DNA from: Blasia pusilla
Lineage: Eukaryota
Assembly: GCA_050084515.1 (NCBI GenBank)
Contig: CM114271.1
Coordinates: 25,792,001 to 25,856,000 of the forward strand
Direction of reading: 5' to 3'
DNA length: 64,000 nt
A program made the translations under genes and the position numbers. The notes beneath the pieces were generated by a model that ran no database searches, was not told the DNA's origin, and saw nothing but the letters and a program-made list of their open reading frames with translations. Positions 1 through 13,598 of this stretch are shown here, piece by piece. Numbering within the stretch: the stretch's first letter is position 1; every line of letters begins with the position of its first letter.

Positions 1-158
1 AAAATTGTTTGTTCTGATTTGATTTTCACTGCTTTGAATCTCTAGGAATCTTTGTGAGAGGCTTGGAGGTTTATCACATTCTTTTGAGTTTGTTGGTGGT
101 TCAAATTTTCAAAGGGAATTGTCAGCTTTAGTTCTTATATTAGGTGGTCATCTCACAG

Positions 159-2688
159 GCGGGTAGATATGAGTAATCTTGAAGAAGTACGGGCAGCTGT
201 GGGCCCTACAACAAAGCTGGTGTGGTTGGAGAGCCCAACGAATCCTCGCATAATGATCGCAGACATTCGTGTACATTTCTTCCTCTTCTTAATTCAATGT
301 TGTTTCCCCTTATTTGTATTACGTGAACGATGGAATGAATAAACTGATTGTTTGTCCAGTGGTACGCAAGAGATCCACAAGGGAGCATTCAGTGATTTGC
401 GGTGACTATATATTTTTGTTGGGTGGAAACCTTTCTGAGAAAAGCTTCAGGTTTTGATGAATTTGGAAGATTTACAGGAAATAGCAGATATTGCACACAA
501 ACATGGAGCCCTAGTGATGGTCGACAATAGTATTATGTCTCCAATACTTTCCAGACCACTTGAGTTGGGGGCAGGTAAGAAAGAGTCTGGGTGCACAGAA
601 TTGGAATCACGTTTAGCTTATCTTGAGTTTAGGTATGCAGGAACTTGCTTTGTGGACGTGTTGAATCTAAAGGTTCTAAGTCAAGAAGGAATGTTTACTC
701 TGAGTGTGGTTTAAGTTTGAATAGATTATTTTTTCTGGAGCTTTTCACCAGAGTTTGGATGCCTGGCGGTTTACATTTTCTCAGCATGAATCTAGCAAAG
801 AAGGCTTCCAACCTTACAGATATGATCTTTTGCTTCAACAAAACTGTTTGTTTCTTGCAAGGTTCACAGATATTGTGATGCATTCAGCTACAAAATTTAT
901 TTCGGGCCACAGTGATATCATGGCTGGTGTTCTTGCTGTGAAGGATCCAAGGTATGGATGTCAATCAGCTACTTATCGTCAAAATGGAATCAGATCCCTA
1001 TGAGGAAACGTGGAGGTTTGTCATGATGTAAACCAAGCCAGCACTGGCTTGCCTTCATCACTTTCGTAATGCTGCACCACTGTCCTGATACAATCACTCC
1101 TGGGCCATTTCTATGAGAACCTTTCATTAAGACAACAGAAGAGTGAATTAAAGTTTTGCACTCACTGACGCCAGGGGCCAAGGGATAGACAGAAATGTCA
1201 AGGTCTAAGCAGGCACTAGCAGAGCCCAGACAGTGTGCAAAGGTCGTCAGGAAAGAAGCCTTCCGTGAGTCTTCTGAATCATATAAATGTGCTACTTCAA
1301 GTATTTGCCTTATCTTTACATTTAGAGTCCTCGAGCACAACTACCCTGTTACTTCTGTTGTCATATAATGATGGAATTCGTATGCAGATGTGGGTCTAGT
1401 TGAGTGTAGAATAGGGCGAAACAAAGGACTTAAGTGAATCCTATTTTCACCCTATTCATAATAAGCATGCTTAACCTGTGCAGTCTGGCAAAGGAGCTTT
1501 ATTTTCTGCAAAATGCGGAGGGCACAGGCTTAGCACCATTCGACTGTTGGCTATGCCTCCGTGGTATCAAGACTATGGCACTTCGTGTTGAAAAGCAACA
1601 GGTTCTGGGATTCTCAGTTGGTCTTTATTTTGCAAGTTCCCGTCTGTGAGGAAACCTTCTGTTTTTGTGATTTGTTCCTTCACGAACGAAATAGAGATTT
1701 GAAACTCTCCATTCTTCCTTGTGGTGTAACAGGCCAATGCACAAAAGATAGCAGAGTTTCTTGATACACATCCGCAAATCAAGAAGGTCAACTATGCTGG
1801 ACTCCTGGGACATGTTGGTCGAGATTTGCACTTCTCACAGGTATATTTATCCTACCAGTGAGTTCTGCAAACACTTTTCAAAGTACCAGGGATTGGGTCT
1901 AAGGGTAAACTCTTAATGGGACACATGTGTGAACAGTGCAAGGGTGCGGGATCTGTTCTGAGCTTCACGACTGGTTCTTTGGCGGCATCTAAGCATATTG
2001 CCGAGGAGACAAAACTCTTCAGCATTACAGTCAGCTTTGGTAATTTTGTCGTCTGTCTTTTTTCTGATATACCTCTAGCATATGTAGCATTATCATCTGA
2101 ATGTTCTTACGTTTCTCCAGGCTTCCTGTAGTTGAAGATTCTCTGGTCTTTATTTTTCCCTTGAAGAAACTATTATTTCTTTCATCCCGGTTTCTTCATT
2201 GGTCTGGTTTAATGCTTGAATGATTAATGTGTGACAGGTAGTGTGGCATCGCTGATTAGCTTACCTTGCTTCATGTCTCACGCAAGCATCCCTTTGCATG
2301 TTCGTGAAGCTCGTGGGTTACATGAAGATTTGGTTCGCCTCTCTGTAAGTTCAATTGAATGTTGGAATCACTATACACGTCAATTGCCATTGGAGCTCAT
2401 GCATCACAGTTTGCCCAGGCAATTAAAGCCCCAAACTCCCATGGTTGTATGTACAGCTGTGGAAAGTAGTGTTCTTCAAGGCTCATTATGGCTTAGGATA
2501 AGCAACTCAATGGTTCAATTATGAGAGATGGTATGTTACTAGTTATGAGCACAATTGACATCAAGGAAATATCTCCAAGACTCTCATAACATAACTTGTA
2601 ATATACGTGGTATGTGCAGATTGGAATTGAGGATGTGGATGACCTTATCAGTGATTTGGAACAAGCCATTAGAACTGCATCTGTGTAG
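159..2688 (+). CDS. CBL: Cystathionine beta-lyase (PLP-dependent), 3' portion; gene starts upstream of the window. Exons 159-270, 478-574, 870-951, 1484-1601, 1733-1840, 1937-2039, 2238-2344, 2620-2688
   Basis: GT-AG exons join in frame to give [35 protein letters not shown] (PLP lysine), [46 protein letters not shown] and [16 protein letters not shown]; stop TAG at 2686-2688. Confidence 0.95.
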
Positions 2689-3899
2689 CATCTTCCTTTT
2701 TTAATTCAGACTAGGATTCTTTTCATCATTGCAAGGTCATGTATAGACAATGTACATCAGTATCTGCAATGTAGGGGGATAGGGATTGTGAAGCAGTCAA
2801 CTGTGGAGCAGATCTGCAGGTAAAGGCTGGTCACTTGTGCAATTCTGCGGAGCATCGTATGCACTCGATTTTAGTTGCCTTGACCACCAATGTACTGGTT
2901 CTTGATGGAGCTTTGGAAAATAAAGCTGACCTTCATCACTCATGCCCTGGGACAAGCTTGCATTCATGGCAAGAGTTGCAGTTTGTTCACACAATATTTG
3001 AAGACTTGTGAAGCAGCTTAACAGAATGGAACCAAACAGGTGGTGATCTTCAAGAAATACTGTCACTGTCAAGGTAAACTAAGAAAACTGGAGGTAAGGA
3101 AACCCTGAGACTACCAGAAACTTTGATATCATCCAACAAGTCTAGTAAAGACACGGCAAGGGAAGCAAAGAGGAGCAACAACTGGCTGTGCCCACATTCA
3201 ATTACTATGGAAAATTTGACATGGTGATAAAGTTCAGGCCTACATCCTCTAATTTGAGATGCCCAATTACGATGCTGGGGTAGACATGCATCCTGTGAGA
3301 GTCTAGATGTTGAGATAAGGGACAACTCTGCTCATCACCAAGACAAGTCATTTTATGATTGACATCAACCTCACTAGTGCTCAAGCATAACCTCATGGTA
3401 CTTTGGCTTGGCACAACTTTTGTTCCCTCTCTTCTCATGTTGGGGACATATCTTTCCTTTTTGGCTTTTCGGGATTCATAATGTCCCCTTTGATGTTGGA
3501 TTTCAGATGAGCATCCCTCACTTCTAGGATTGGCCAAATGTGGCCATCTTGAGTTGCATTGGTCCACACGAAGGGCGTTGGTGCAGATCGTACGTATGTG
3601 CACCCTCTAGCCCTTGTATGTTGAGAGGACATTCAATTACTCGGCCAAGAACCCAAAAATCCACATCTTGAGAAAATGCCATATCCACATTGGGACTAGA
3701 TTTCCTTTGATAAGAAATATACTTTTTTCAGCTAAACATACATGGGGTCATATTTTTTATTCAGATTTCAACAATTTTTTTAGAATGTAAATTGAAAAAC
3801 TTTGAAATCTAACAAAGAAAAGTTGTTATGCGTTATTATTTTAGTGCCCAAAAGAGCTTCTTGCCACTAGAATGCATCATTCCATGATATAGTTTTCCA

Positions 3900-4600
3900 T
3901 GTTTGAGGTTATAACGACTAGATCCAACATGTGTTTAAAGTGAGTAAGGTGGTGTTAGAAAGTTTGTGAGAACATGATTCCAACGTATTAAAAATTTGGT
4001 AAATGCATGAGCAAAAGTTTGGAAACCATCCTTGAGTTTGGAAATGATGGTCGGGTTGAGGGCCATAAAGGGAGAGGAAGGAATCTGTAGAACTATATAT
4101 AAGGGGGAAGATCTTCAACGTTGTTTGGAACTTGAATCCCACCTTGAGAACCATGGGGGTGAATCAAGAAAATATGATAGGGTACGGATTCAAAGGTTGA
4201 TCTTGGGGTTTGGACACCAAGCCAAGTCCAGATGGACTAATTATGGATATAAACCGTGGATATTGAATCGTGATTCATATATTGAGTCTCGGTTATAGAT
4301 CCAATCGAGATCCATCAAGCAGTTGTAACTCCCATGCATTGACGAGGTTTTAAATCCCTAGACTATTGAGGAAGTTTGTTCCAAATCTTGGATGACTTGT
4401 CTGTGTTGGAGAGTAAAGGATTAGGTTAACATCTAACTTATGTCTAGATTGGTTGAGCTTGAAGAGTTTCCCGAGAGCGAGACATGAGAGACGCAAAGCT
4501 GGTTACCCAAATCGTAGTTGATGTGGATGTGTTTGGATGTAGATTAGTAAAGAGAGCATGACTTGTTGTACGAAAGCTTCTACAACACATAAGACAGATA
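3900..4600 (+). repeat. Degenerate dispersed repeat (LTR-like); inverted relative copy at about 36000-36720
   Basis: Blocks such as TGAGTAAGGTGGTGTTAGAAAG, CTATATATAAGGGGGAAGAT and GAGAGCATGAC align in the same order with the reverse complement of 36000-36720; boundaries approximate. Confidence 0.55.
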
Positions 4601-5748
4601 TGTCTTATATGATGATCGTTGGGTGAGGTTTCAACTTTTAATCTTTTGCAATGTAAAATAGCAAAAGATTTAAAGTTGAGACCTCACATAGGGAGCATTG
4701 TTTTGCTAAAAAAAAACCTTGGTTCTAGTGAGGCAAAACACATGGTTAAAGAGCTTCAATAGTACAACTTTTAGAACCCAAAAGGCATGCAAAACTACAA
4801 ACTTGCTTGGGGAGATTCAACCTTATTCACACTATTTAGTAATATATTTATTTAAGTTTGAACCCCCAATTTTTTTGTATAGAGTCCTTTTGCATAATAA
4901 CAACCCATCGTAAGATAAAAATTTCTCGAAAGAAACTTGACTTAGTTTTGGTGTCACTCACTCATCCCAATATTAAAGTAATAGCTGTAAACATAGCCAA
5001 AAAAAAATGCTTGAACGATTTTTTTTATAATCAAAGTATTTTAGTAATTTTAAATTAAATTACATCCGTAAAAATTTGTATATAAAATTTGGAAAAACAA
5101 GTTCTTGATACTTCTTACTTCTATCTCTTGCAATAAATATTTAGAAAAGTTTCAAGATCTGAATGGACTCGAAACTCATAGCATCCATGAAAAAATTTCT
5201 ATCAAGACTAGAAAGAATGGATCCTCTTTTTAATTTTCTATTTCAAGAAAAATAAAATTCAAGATTAATTTCTCCACAAACTATTGTTACTTATATTGTG
5301 TAACTCAAGTACAATTGAAACTTTGCAAGAGTTGTTGAAACACTCTTAAGTATAGGCTCAAAGAGTTTCATAAATTTAAGATATTTCTCTTCGAGATATG
5401 TTTTTATGTAGGCTTTGCTAACATATCTTTCTTGCCTTCAAATAGAGATGTGCATGGATATAGTAATAAGAATCACTTGTAATTCAATATCCATGCAAGA
5501 AGGGATGAAGAAAAAAAGAGCAAGGTTGCATATAGATAGAGTTTGTGTCCGCAGTCATGTCCAAGTTCGTGGACTTAAATCCGTCCTATGGAAGGACTTG
5601 TCTATGTGGGCCCCATCTTCCCCTTCTTTCTCATTCCCCCCGCTTGCCTTTGTGTTCTATTCTCTCCCGTTTCTTCCTCCCTCCATCTCCACTCCCTCCC
5701 CCCTTATTGCCAAGATTGCATGGAAACGAAAAAAAGTCTAAACATGTC

Positions 5749-6000
5749 CGGCCCGCACCTGAGTCCCCGGCGTCGACCAGGGCTGATAGAGCCCACATCC
5801 GTTGCGGGCTCGTAGGGTGGGCTGGGCCCTGCGCGAGCCGTCCCCAAGCCACCCCTTGCCCGCCATGCGGGTCCTGTGCGGGCCTGAGCCCACCCAATCG
5901 GGGCCAAGCTCGCTCTATGGGCCGTGCAACGGGTGCGGGCTCTATCAGCCTGGGTATACTCGGAGGGCTCTAGGGCACGCTCGGGCTCGGGTGCGGGCCG
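5749..6000. repeat. GC-rich imperfect inverted repeat (fold-back/MITE-like)
   Basis: CGGCCCGCACCTGAG...CCAGGGCTGATAGAGCCCACATCCGTTGC...GGGCCC (5749-5830) pairs with GGGCC...GCAACGGGTGCGGGCTCTATCAGCCTGG...CTCGGGTGCGGGCCG (5900-6000). Confidence 0.65.
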
Positions 6001-8574
6001 CGGGTATTCGCTCTCGCACGGACATGGACTTTGTCTGTGTGCAACTGTGCCTATTGCCCCATTCGCCCTTGCCTTGACTTCCATCATGAACTATAAGTGT
6101 GGGTCCCACAACTTGCAATCCATGTCTGTGGATAGGTCCATACTTGTCCGTCCGTCCGTCCGTCCATGTCCGTCCTAGGGAATGACTTGTCCGTCCTTGT
6201 GTGCAACCATGAGAAAGAGTAATTGAAAGACCCGGAAATATGGAATTCCAAAATGAATTGTTTTTGGTATGCACATCATGTAAGAGATTTCTTGAGGAGA
6301 CTTCCGAAGAAGTGACAGAAAGCTAAAACGAAACTTGGATTTTTTTGGTGAGACATTTCTAGAAAGGAAATTTAATCTAAAAACTTTGATGGTTGGATAT
6401 TTTTGTTCAATAGTATCATCATATAAGAAAATCAATCTTTAGCTTTTTTTTTGGAAATATTTCGTGCTTGGACATCTTTAGGAAAATCTTTCTTCTTATA
6501 GAAATTTGATATAAGAATTATTCCGTTTGGATATTTTTTATGGTAGAATGTAATTTGAAAAAAATTCCAAATCGTTATTTCTAGTGTGGCCAACAAATGA
6601 AGGACTAACATATAAAGGCTTTTGATAGATGCTACAATTCTATAGTTTAACATGAGAATACTTGATGTAGATAGATAGATACATAGATAGATAAGGATGA
6701 GAGTCCACTTTGTGCAAGCCATTTGCGAGTCCACTCTTGTTTGTGATCATTCCAAAATTTGTGTGTAAATTGCGAGTGAGTTGCATTTGTTGTATACTTG
6801 CGAGTCTTGGGAGAAGTAAAAGACTCACACACATTTTGCAGTGTGATTTGTGAGTGTGCCTCGTAATGTTGGAGTACAAGGCATCACAGTTTGTGCCACT
6901 TGTGAGACATGACGTTCTAGCAAAACTTTTGCAACGTGGTGATAGTTTGCGAGTGCTTTGCGTTACACACTTGCAAATGCACTCACAAGAATTACAAATA
7001 ATGAAACCTTGATGATAAATTCTCCTTTCGCCTTCAAAATCATTCCATTTTTGCTTTTCCTCCCAACTTTCTAAGACTCCTCTCCTCACTTTGAAACTAT
7101 TAAATTTTTTTTATAGTGGAATTACATTTTAAGTTTAAAAATAAATAGATTTAAGGAGATGTAAATGAGTGAGATTCATAGTACTATATTTTTTTTTTCA
7201 AAATTGTTGTTTCTAAAATATAAGAAATGAATGAGAAAAAAGAAGAAACAAAGGCACCTTAGAGAATAACTTGGAAGGAGCCTAATCCCCCTTGAAAAGT
7301 TGTCCTATAGACCCAAACATGAGTCCAAAGGGAGAATAGGGAGAAGAAAAAAACTACATTGCAAGTGTAGAAAGCCATTACTTAGATTCACTATTTTTAT
7401 TGAGTTTTTTTAATAAATTTTCTTTTACACGTTTTTACGTGCCTTTTAGGAGTCAATTAGGAGTAATCACAACGTCACCTAGACTCACAAAATCTCACAA
7501 TCGACTCCTAAAGTTATGCAAAACTTGCGAGTGGTTCCAAAGTACTCGTGAGTGTTTTGCAAGAGTGTAAGAAAAAGGGCCTTTTGACTTGCTTCACACT
7601 CATGAATTGCAAGTAGATTTATCCTCTTGGATCCTATTTTGTGAGTGTTGAACTTGCAAGCTCGCTAATAGTTTGTGATTCCATTTCATATGATTATCAA
7701 TTCGAATTCACACTCCATTATCACAGGCACTATCTCACGACCCAATTCCCCTTGTGCCCCTTCGTCGCATGGGCACCTTACTAGCAGTGCTGAAAGAAAA
7801 TTGTTTCTAGATGCGCAATAAGGCATGAGAGAAATATTTGGTAACATGAGAATATGTAAATAAGTAGGAGGCACAAGTTTGAATTAACTCCCATAATTAG
7901 TTTTTAAAATATAATATGAAATCTAACTCACAAGGAAAATAATCATTTTGACCGAAATTGGCAAAAGGAAAAAGTATAGAATTTGCAAAAAGAGGGGCGT
8001 TGTTTTTTCTCCTCCACTTGAGACTAAAGAAAACGGTGCAGCTCTGTTTTCCAGTGCGGCGCCATCGCTGTTGCATTCCTTTGCAATTTTGTGTGTCGCG
8101 TGTATGTGGGGCACGGACGAGTACTGTCGTCTGGGGATTCTTCTGATACAAAGAGCGGAAGCGAGTGATTGTTAATTGCTGTGGACGAGCCGGTCTTCTC
8201 AACTCTGTATTCTGTATGAGCTTGTCCATTCCGTAACTGCGTGAACGAGGAGATGGATGCTTGAAGTAGTAGGGCTGAAGGTGTGGAGTTGTGTGTGTAG
8301 TAGCGGCTGAACCCTACGCTCTTTCGTGCTGGAGAAGCGTCACCGCAGCGTAAGGTTCTCTCATATTTCTGGAAGATTTGGTGAGTTTGGGCCGGCCATC
8401 GTTCGGAAATTGCGTCTGAGCTTGCTGGATTTAGCTTAAGGCACGGTTTTGAACACGGGATTATCGGTGCAACCTGTCGCTGTAGGAGAAGTTAAGTTTT
8501 GCGATTAGTGGGAGGAGGATTGGAGAGTGAGAGCTGTTGGAAAAGTGGTTAGAACTCAGGAAACAGCGGCAGAG

Positions 8575-9657
8575 ATGTGGACGAACCTGACTGCAGAAGG
8601 GACGGAGGTTTTGGGAACGGGAATATATCAGTGCCTTACGGCGTGGACAGCGCTGCAGTTGGCTATACACAATGGATGGGGTGGACAGACGTCTAACCTT
8701 AAGTTTCAGCAATTACACTCGGAGATATTGACCTTCTTCACCCGTTCGAAAGGTCTAGATTCTACTCTTTCTCGCTCTCGAGACTCTGCTACGTTTAGCA
8801 ACAAATACTTCTACCTGCGTGAACTGTCATTTCAGATTCCCCATCGAGTTGCGTAATATAGGGATTGATAGTTATGATTTGGCCCAGAGCAACGCTACAT
8901 CGATGAACTGGAGGATCTTTTGGACCAGTTCATGCTGAACTCTTTCAACACGGAGATCGAAGATGGAAGTATTTTTGAGGTATTCAGCCATTTCCTTCTT
9001 TCAATTTCTCGGCTGCCGCTCTTGGATTCTAGGACCACACCGTCTCTTAGTTAACGACGTTGTTGCATCAGTAGCATTACCGATGTAGACACAATCCACC
9101 AATAATTTGTACTGGACGAATCTCTGGTAATGTGAGAATGTCATACAGGTATCCGAACAGCTGATGACCATCCACGAAGAGTGTACGCTTGGGAACTTTG
9201 AGAACGTAAAACGTTTGATCGCATCAACTGCTGGAAGCGCACAGTCAGTTCATAAGAGTGTAGAGGTGAGAGTATTGATCGATTTGTGCTGCAATTTGAG
9301 GTTCATGGTGGCTGTTTAATGTGCTACGGACAGAGTATTGCTCTTGAGGTTTGCAAGTTAGTTAGATGATGCTGGGGTGTAGTTGATCGCACATTTTCCA
9401 ATTGTACGTTTGTTTTCTTGGCATGGCAGCTACCATCTCCAGAGGATGAGATGGGCAACCCCACAGACAATTCTGGACTTGGTACTTCACAAGCAGATGG
9501 GGATGACATGGACATGGACCTGGAGAACTCCTCACCTCCATCTTCCAATGCATCCAAACCCACTCCCAAACCCGTGCAATCACGTTTGACTGAGGAAGAA
9601 GTGGCAGATGGTTGGCAAGAAGCACCGGCTCGCAGTCGTAGACGCAACAAGAATTGA
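8575..9657 (+). CDS. TSR2: Pre-rRNA-processing protein TSR2. Exons 8575-8752, 8888-8979, 9149-9265, 9430-9657
   Basis: Spliced product has WTALQLAIHNGWGG, YIDELEDLL...FNTEIEDGS, VSEQLMTIHEEC and a C-terminal acidic tract ending DGWQEAPARSRRRNKN; canonical GT-AG sites. Confidence 0.9.
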
Positions 9658-11811
9658 TCATTGTGCCTTATTAATGAGCACTTAAACTGTGTCTCACTGG
9701 AGATTTTATGTAAGCGTTTCTGCAATCTTGTAGGAGAGATTTGCATCATTGTGCACCATTGAAAAATTGATTTGTATGTTCCTATCTTTTGCGTACTTGG
9801 CTCCCCTTGTGGATGAATGGGAAGACCTAGGGACAATTTCTTTAAACGTTATTGGTACTACTATCATTAAAATTCCCTAAACACTACTCTCCTTGGACAA
9901 TTGCAGGCGAGATTTCCTCCCAGGTTCAATCCCCACGAGAACTCTATGGCCTTGACATCAATTCTTCCGTTACACACTTGTCTCGGACCAGTGTCAACAC
10001 CTTGTCCTTGAACTCATGGTTGTTCCCTTTGGTGAACTCAAATTTCATCTTCAGAGCAGTTCTTAACTTTTGTACCTATTCCTCTCCCTCTATTTATCAC
10101 TGCCCATGGGAAGTGTAGGCAGATATGTAATAAGTTCTCTTGATCTCCGTATATGAAGACATCGTACTGATGCCATGTAATGAGCTATGTAGGCAAATGG
10201 AAAGAGCTGTGGAGGCAAATGTGAACCTACAAATGTGTACCAAAGTCAGATTCCTTGAAGTAGGCATACTCACTCAGGTAGCCCTTTGAGGAAAAGAGTG
10301 TGGACACACCTGGATGATCCTAGACTACTGCTGGTCCGCGATTTATAGGACCAGCAGGTCCAGATATCATGCTTCAACCACACATGTTCGGTCGAAGCAT
10401 GAAAATGATCTGTAGAACTTCACTAGAGATTAGGTCTGGGCTGCCGACTACTTACGTCAGAATATTGGAGTCATGGCAGTGCACTAATACACAAGAGGTC
10501 TAGTGTTTCGAGCTAAAAGTATGGAACAGATCCATTCATATTATCCACATGACCTCACGACAATGTGCGATTGCATTTTTTTTGGAACTGGAGTATCCGT
10601 GGGGAGTCAAGTGCACAAAATCAAACTGGCTGATTGTAAAGTGGTGATAAAATGACTGGATCTTAACTAATGAAACCGGCAGTTTGTAAATCAGTCAATC
10701 AACCGGCCCATGATTGGTTCGTAATTCTATCATAGACGAGAACTGTGTAACACTGCAATTATTTTGAGAGTTGTCAATCAATCTTCCAATCATGTCCTTT
10801 GAGGGTGACGAGTCTGATGAGAACATGCACAAATGGTTATTCTTATGTAAGTAGGATTATGAAATAGAGTTATTATTAGGTCTCTTGCCAGAATTTTAAC
10901 AAAAGGATAGGATGATTTATCAACATACACACCTAAATTCATATTATTATTGGAGAGTGCAATCTTGTTTTGAAAATATTTGACATTAGGCGATTGCATT
11001 TAAAAAAAATGATTTAAAATGGGGGATTGCAATAAGAAATTCTTTGTTTTTCAAAAGTTTATTGATGGTAAATATGGTCTTGAGTGTTGCACGAGGCCGG
11101 AGTATAGGTCCTAAAATCATCACAATTCAATCGGAGATTATTGTACGAGGAAAGAAGAAACAATATGGAGAGTTTAGAAGGGGTTTTAGCAAGAAAGATC
11201 ATTTTACGGTTTAGAGTGTGGATGATATTCATGTCAACATACATGTGTTCAAAAATTAAAAAGATTTTTAAAAAATATTTGAGGTTGTTTGAAAATAATT
11301 TCATTAAAAAAAAAGTGGCAAAATTATTTTTAGAATCGAAATTAAAATAAAAGAATTTAGTAAGTTTTTTTTTTATCTCTCCATCTGTCCTTACTTATCT
11401 TAAAGATTCAAAATATGATTCTTCCAAAAAGAAATTTAAAACTATACAAATTTTTTTTTAATGGAGATTTACCCATGAAAAGGATAACTTGTTTGGCAAT
11501 AATTAATCTTCTCTCCAAAGAGAAGATTCATTATTGGGTTTTCCAGCAGCCATTTATGGTATTATTAACATCCCGTACTTCATAAAAGCAAAGCTTATGC
11601 TATGCGATTCTCAACAACGCATTCATTCATAGTTTCCCCTACTAGAATTTCTGTACCCGAATGAGCGAGGGAAAATGATGAACTTCGATAAATATACATG
11701 ACGGAAAAACAAAAGGAGGGGACTAAAAGAGTCCACAGCATACATGCATTCCCCCCTTCTTTTCGAAGGTAATACGAAGAACGTAACTTGTACCCCTAAC
11801 AGCTGATCAGC

Positions 11812-12950
11812 TTAAAGGAAGGTTTGGAAGACGGGTGCATGGATAAAGCTTTCTGTGAGCACTAGAGATAGAAATCCTATCATGGCGAGTCGTCCGTTCC
11901 AGCGCTCGGCTTTGGCCGTGAAAGGCCCGAAGCTTCGAGCATCCGTAGACTCCCCATTCAGCATCGGGACAATTGACGCGTACGCGATCAAGGGAACGAG
12001 CGCGATGTACCACACCAGCCCCGTTCCCTGTGTGTACAGTTGATCGAATACCGTCAGCCCGCTCACCTTCTCTGCTACCGCCGCCCATACTACGCCGAGC
12101 ATCGCCTGCAACAAAGCGTATTGAATATCGGTGAAATTATGTTAAGAAACGTCTATGCCGAGCATCGCCTGCAACAAAGCGTATTGAATATCGGTGAAAT
12201 TATGTTAAGAAACGTCTATGCCGAGCATCGCCTGCAACAAAGCGTGTTGAACATCGGTGAAATTATGTTAAGAAACGTCTATCGCCTGCAACATAGCATG
12301 TTGGACATCTGTAAAATTATGTTAAGAAACGTCTATGCCGAGCATCGCCTGCAACATAGCATGTTGAACATTGGTAAAATTATGTTAAGAAACGTCTATG
12401 CCGAGCATCGCCTGCGACAAAGCGTATTGAACATCGGTAATTATGTTAAGAGACGTCTATAGTATCCAGCTTAAGCTCGACCAAATAGACTCGGGAAATT
12501 GAGTTTTTCCTGGCAGGAGAATGAGCTAGGGGCCTACAGAATCCTGTCCGGGCAGAGCGGGGAAAAACTCACCAATCGGCCGTTGATGGTCTCCGGTGCT
12601 GCACCGTCAAAAGCAAAAATGCTACCGATACTCTTGTCACCAGTCTCAGGGCGCCTCTCCACTTCGGGACGCGGGTAGAAGGAGCCGGATTTTGGCACAG
12701 CACCAAAGACTGATTTCTTCTCTGACTCATTCGTCTCCTGGTTTTCCAATATCTCCTCCCGGGTGATATCGTTCTTCGTGGCGTTGTCCACGGTCTCTCG
12801 AACACTTTCGCACCGGATGAAGTTCCTTCCGGCTACCATTGGCGTCGAACTCACACCGCCGAAAGCCACAGAGCTGGCCGGGTTCCTGAAGCGCTGGGTT
12901 GAGAATGACAAGCTCGACAAACCTCCCAAAACGACCGAAGAGGAAGCCAT
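11812..12950 (-). CDS. ELIP: Early light-induced protein (ELIP)/LHC-like chlorophyll a/b-binding family protein with transit peptide. Exons 12950-12573 and 12105-11812
   Basis: Two LHC helix motifs FAFDGAAPETINGRL|AMLG and AERWNGRLAMIG; Ser-rich N-terminus; GT donor at 12572-12571, CAG acceptor at 12108-12106. Confidence 0.9.
12094..12460. repeat. Six tandem copies of an ~63-bp unit (one lacking 9 bp) spanning the ELIP intron/exon-2 boundary
   Basis: Unit GCCGAGCATCGCCTGCAACAAAGCGTATTGAATATCGGTGAAATTATGTTAAGAAACGTCTAT starting at about 12094, 12157, 12220, 12283 (short), 12337 and 12400. Confidence 0.95.
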
Positions 12951-13135
12951 GATCGCCGCAACTGACACTCACTAGCAATAATTGATTTTCGTGAACGCAG
13001 CGATCAGAACACCACCGAACTCGGCAAGCTTTTCCAAGGAAAGCAATTCAATTTGCTCGAAAGCGGACTGGAAGATCTAAAAACCCTTTAGCATTCGACT
13101 TTTCGACAGTGACAATTCCAAGTGCAAGCTTCGAA

Positions 13136-13374
13136 TTTTATAGGAGCAGCGTTTCCGAAAGCCTCGACACTTGGCATTGCGCTGAAAGTGCTGCTAATCG
13201 TTTGTCGCTCCAAGTGTTGGGGCAATCAAAAGCCCACGAAGGTTTACTCGCAATGGAAACTCGTGGCATGCACGAGCTTCCAACAGATATTGGCGCCGGT
13301 TCCCCTCTCCTGCTTTACGGGTTACGGTCCCTACAAGCAATCATTGTAACGTGTCATCTAACTATTCACGTGTC
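13136..13374 (-). promoter_or_regulatory. Putative ELIP promoter: TATA box plus ABRE/G-box pair
   Basis: TATAAAA on the minus strand at 13142-13136; ACGTGTC at 13349-13355 and CACGTGTC at 13367-13374, upstream of a gene family known to be light/ABA/desiccation-induced. Confidence 0.5.
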
Positions 13375-13598
13375 GTATTATAATTGATTTTCTCTTAAAT
13401 GGCCGAAAACTGGTTTTATTTCATTGCAAAAAAATGTGGAGAGAGCTCCCAATTCATCCCATGTATGTACTTCAATTTCTTTATGTGTGTATTTCAATTT
13501 CCTTGTCTACCTACGTTAAAAGACGTATTTCAATGCATGCCTATACTAAATGGTTATCTATTCTACTAATTCTCATTTTTATATATATATATATATAT

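Noticed and set aside
5415-6274. Cluster of 75-142-aa ORFs
   Set aside because: Arise from the GC-rich palindrome; low-complexity translations with no domain.
12040-12462. 140-aa plus-strand ORF with repeated YAEHRLQQSVLNIGEIMLRNV, and CRISPR-like periodicity
   Set aside because: It is the antisense read-through of the 63-bp intronic tandem repeat; there are no unique spacers and no cas genes, and the context is eukaryotic.
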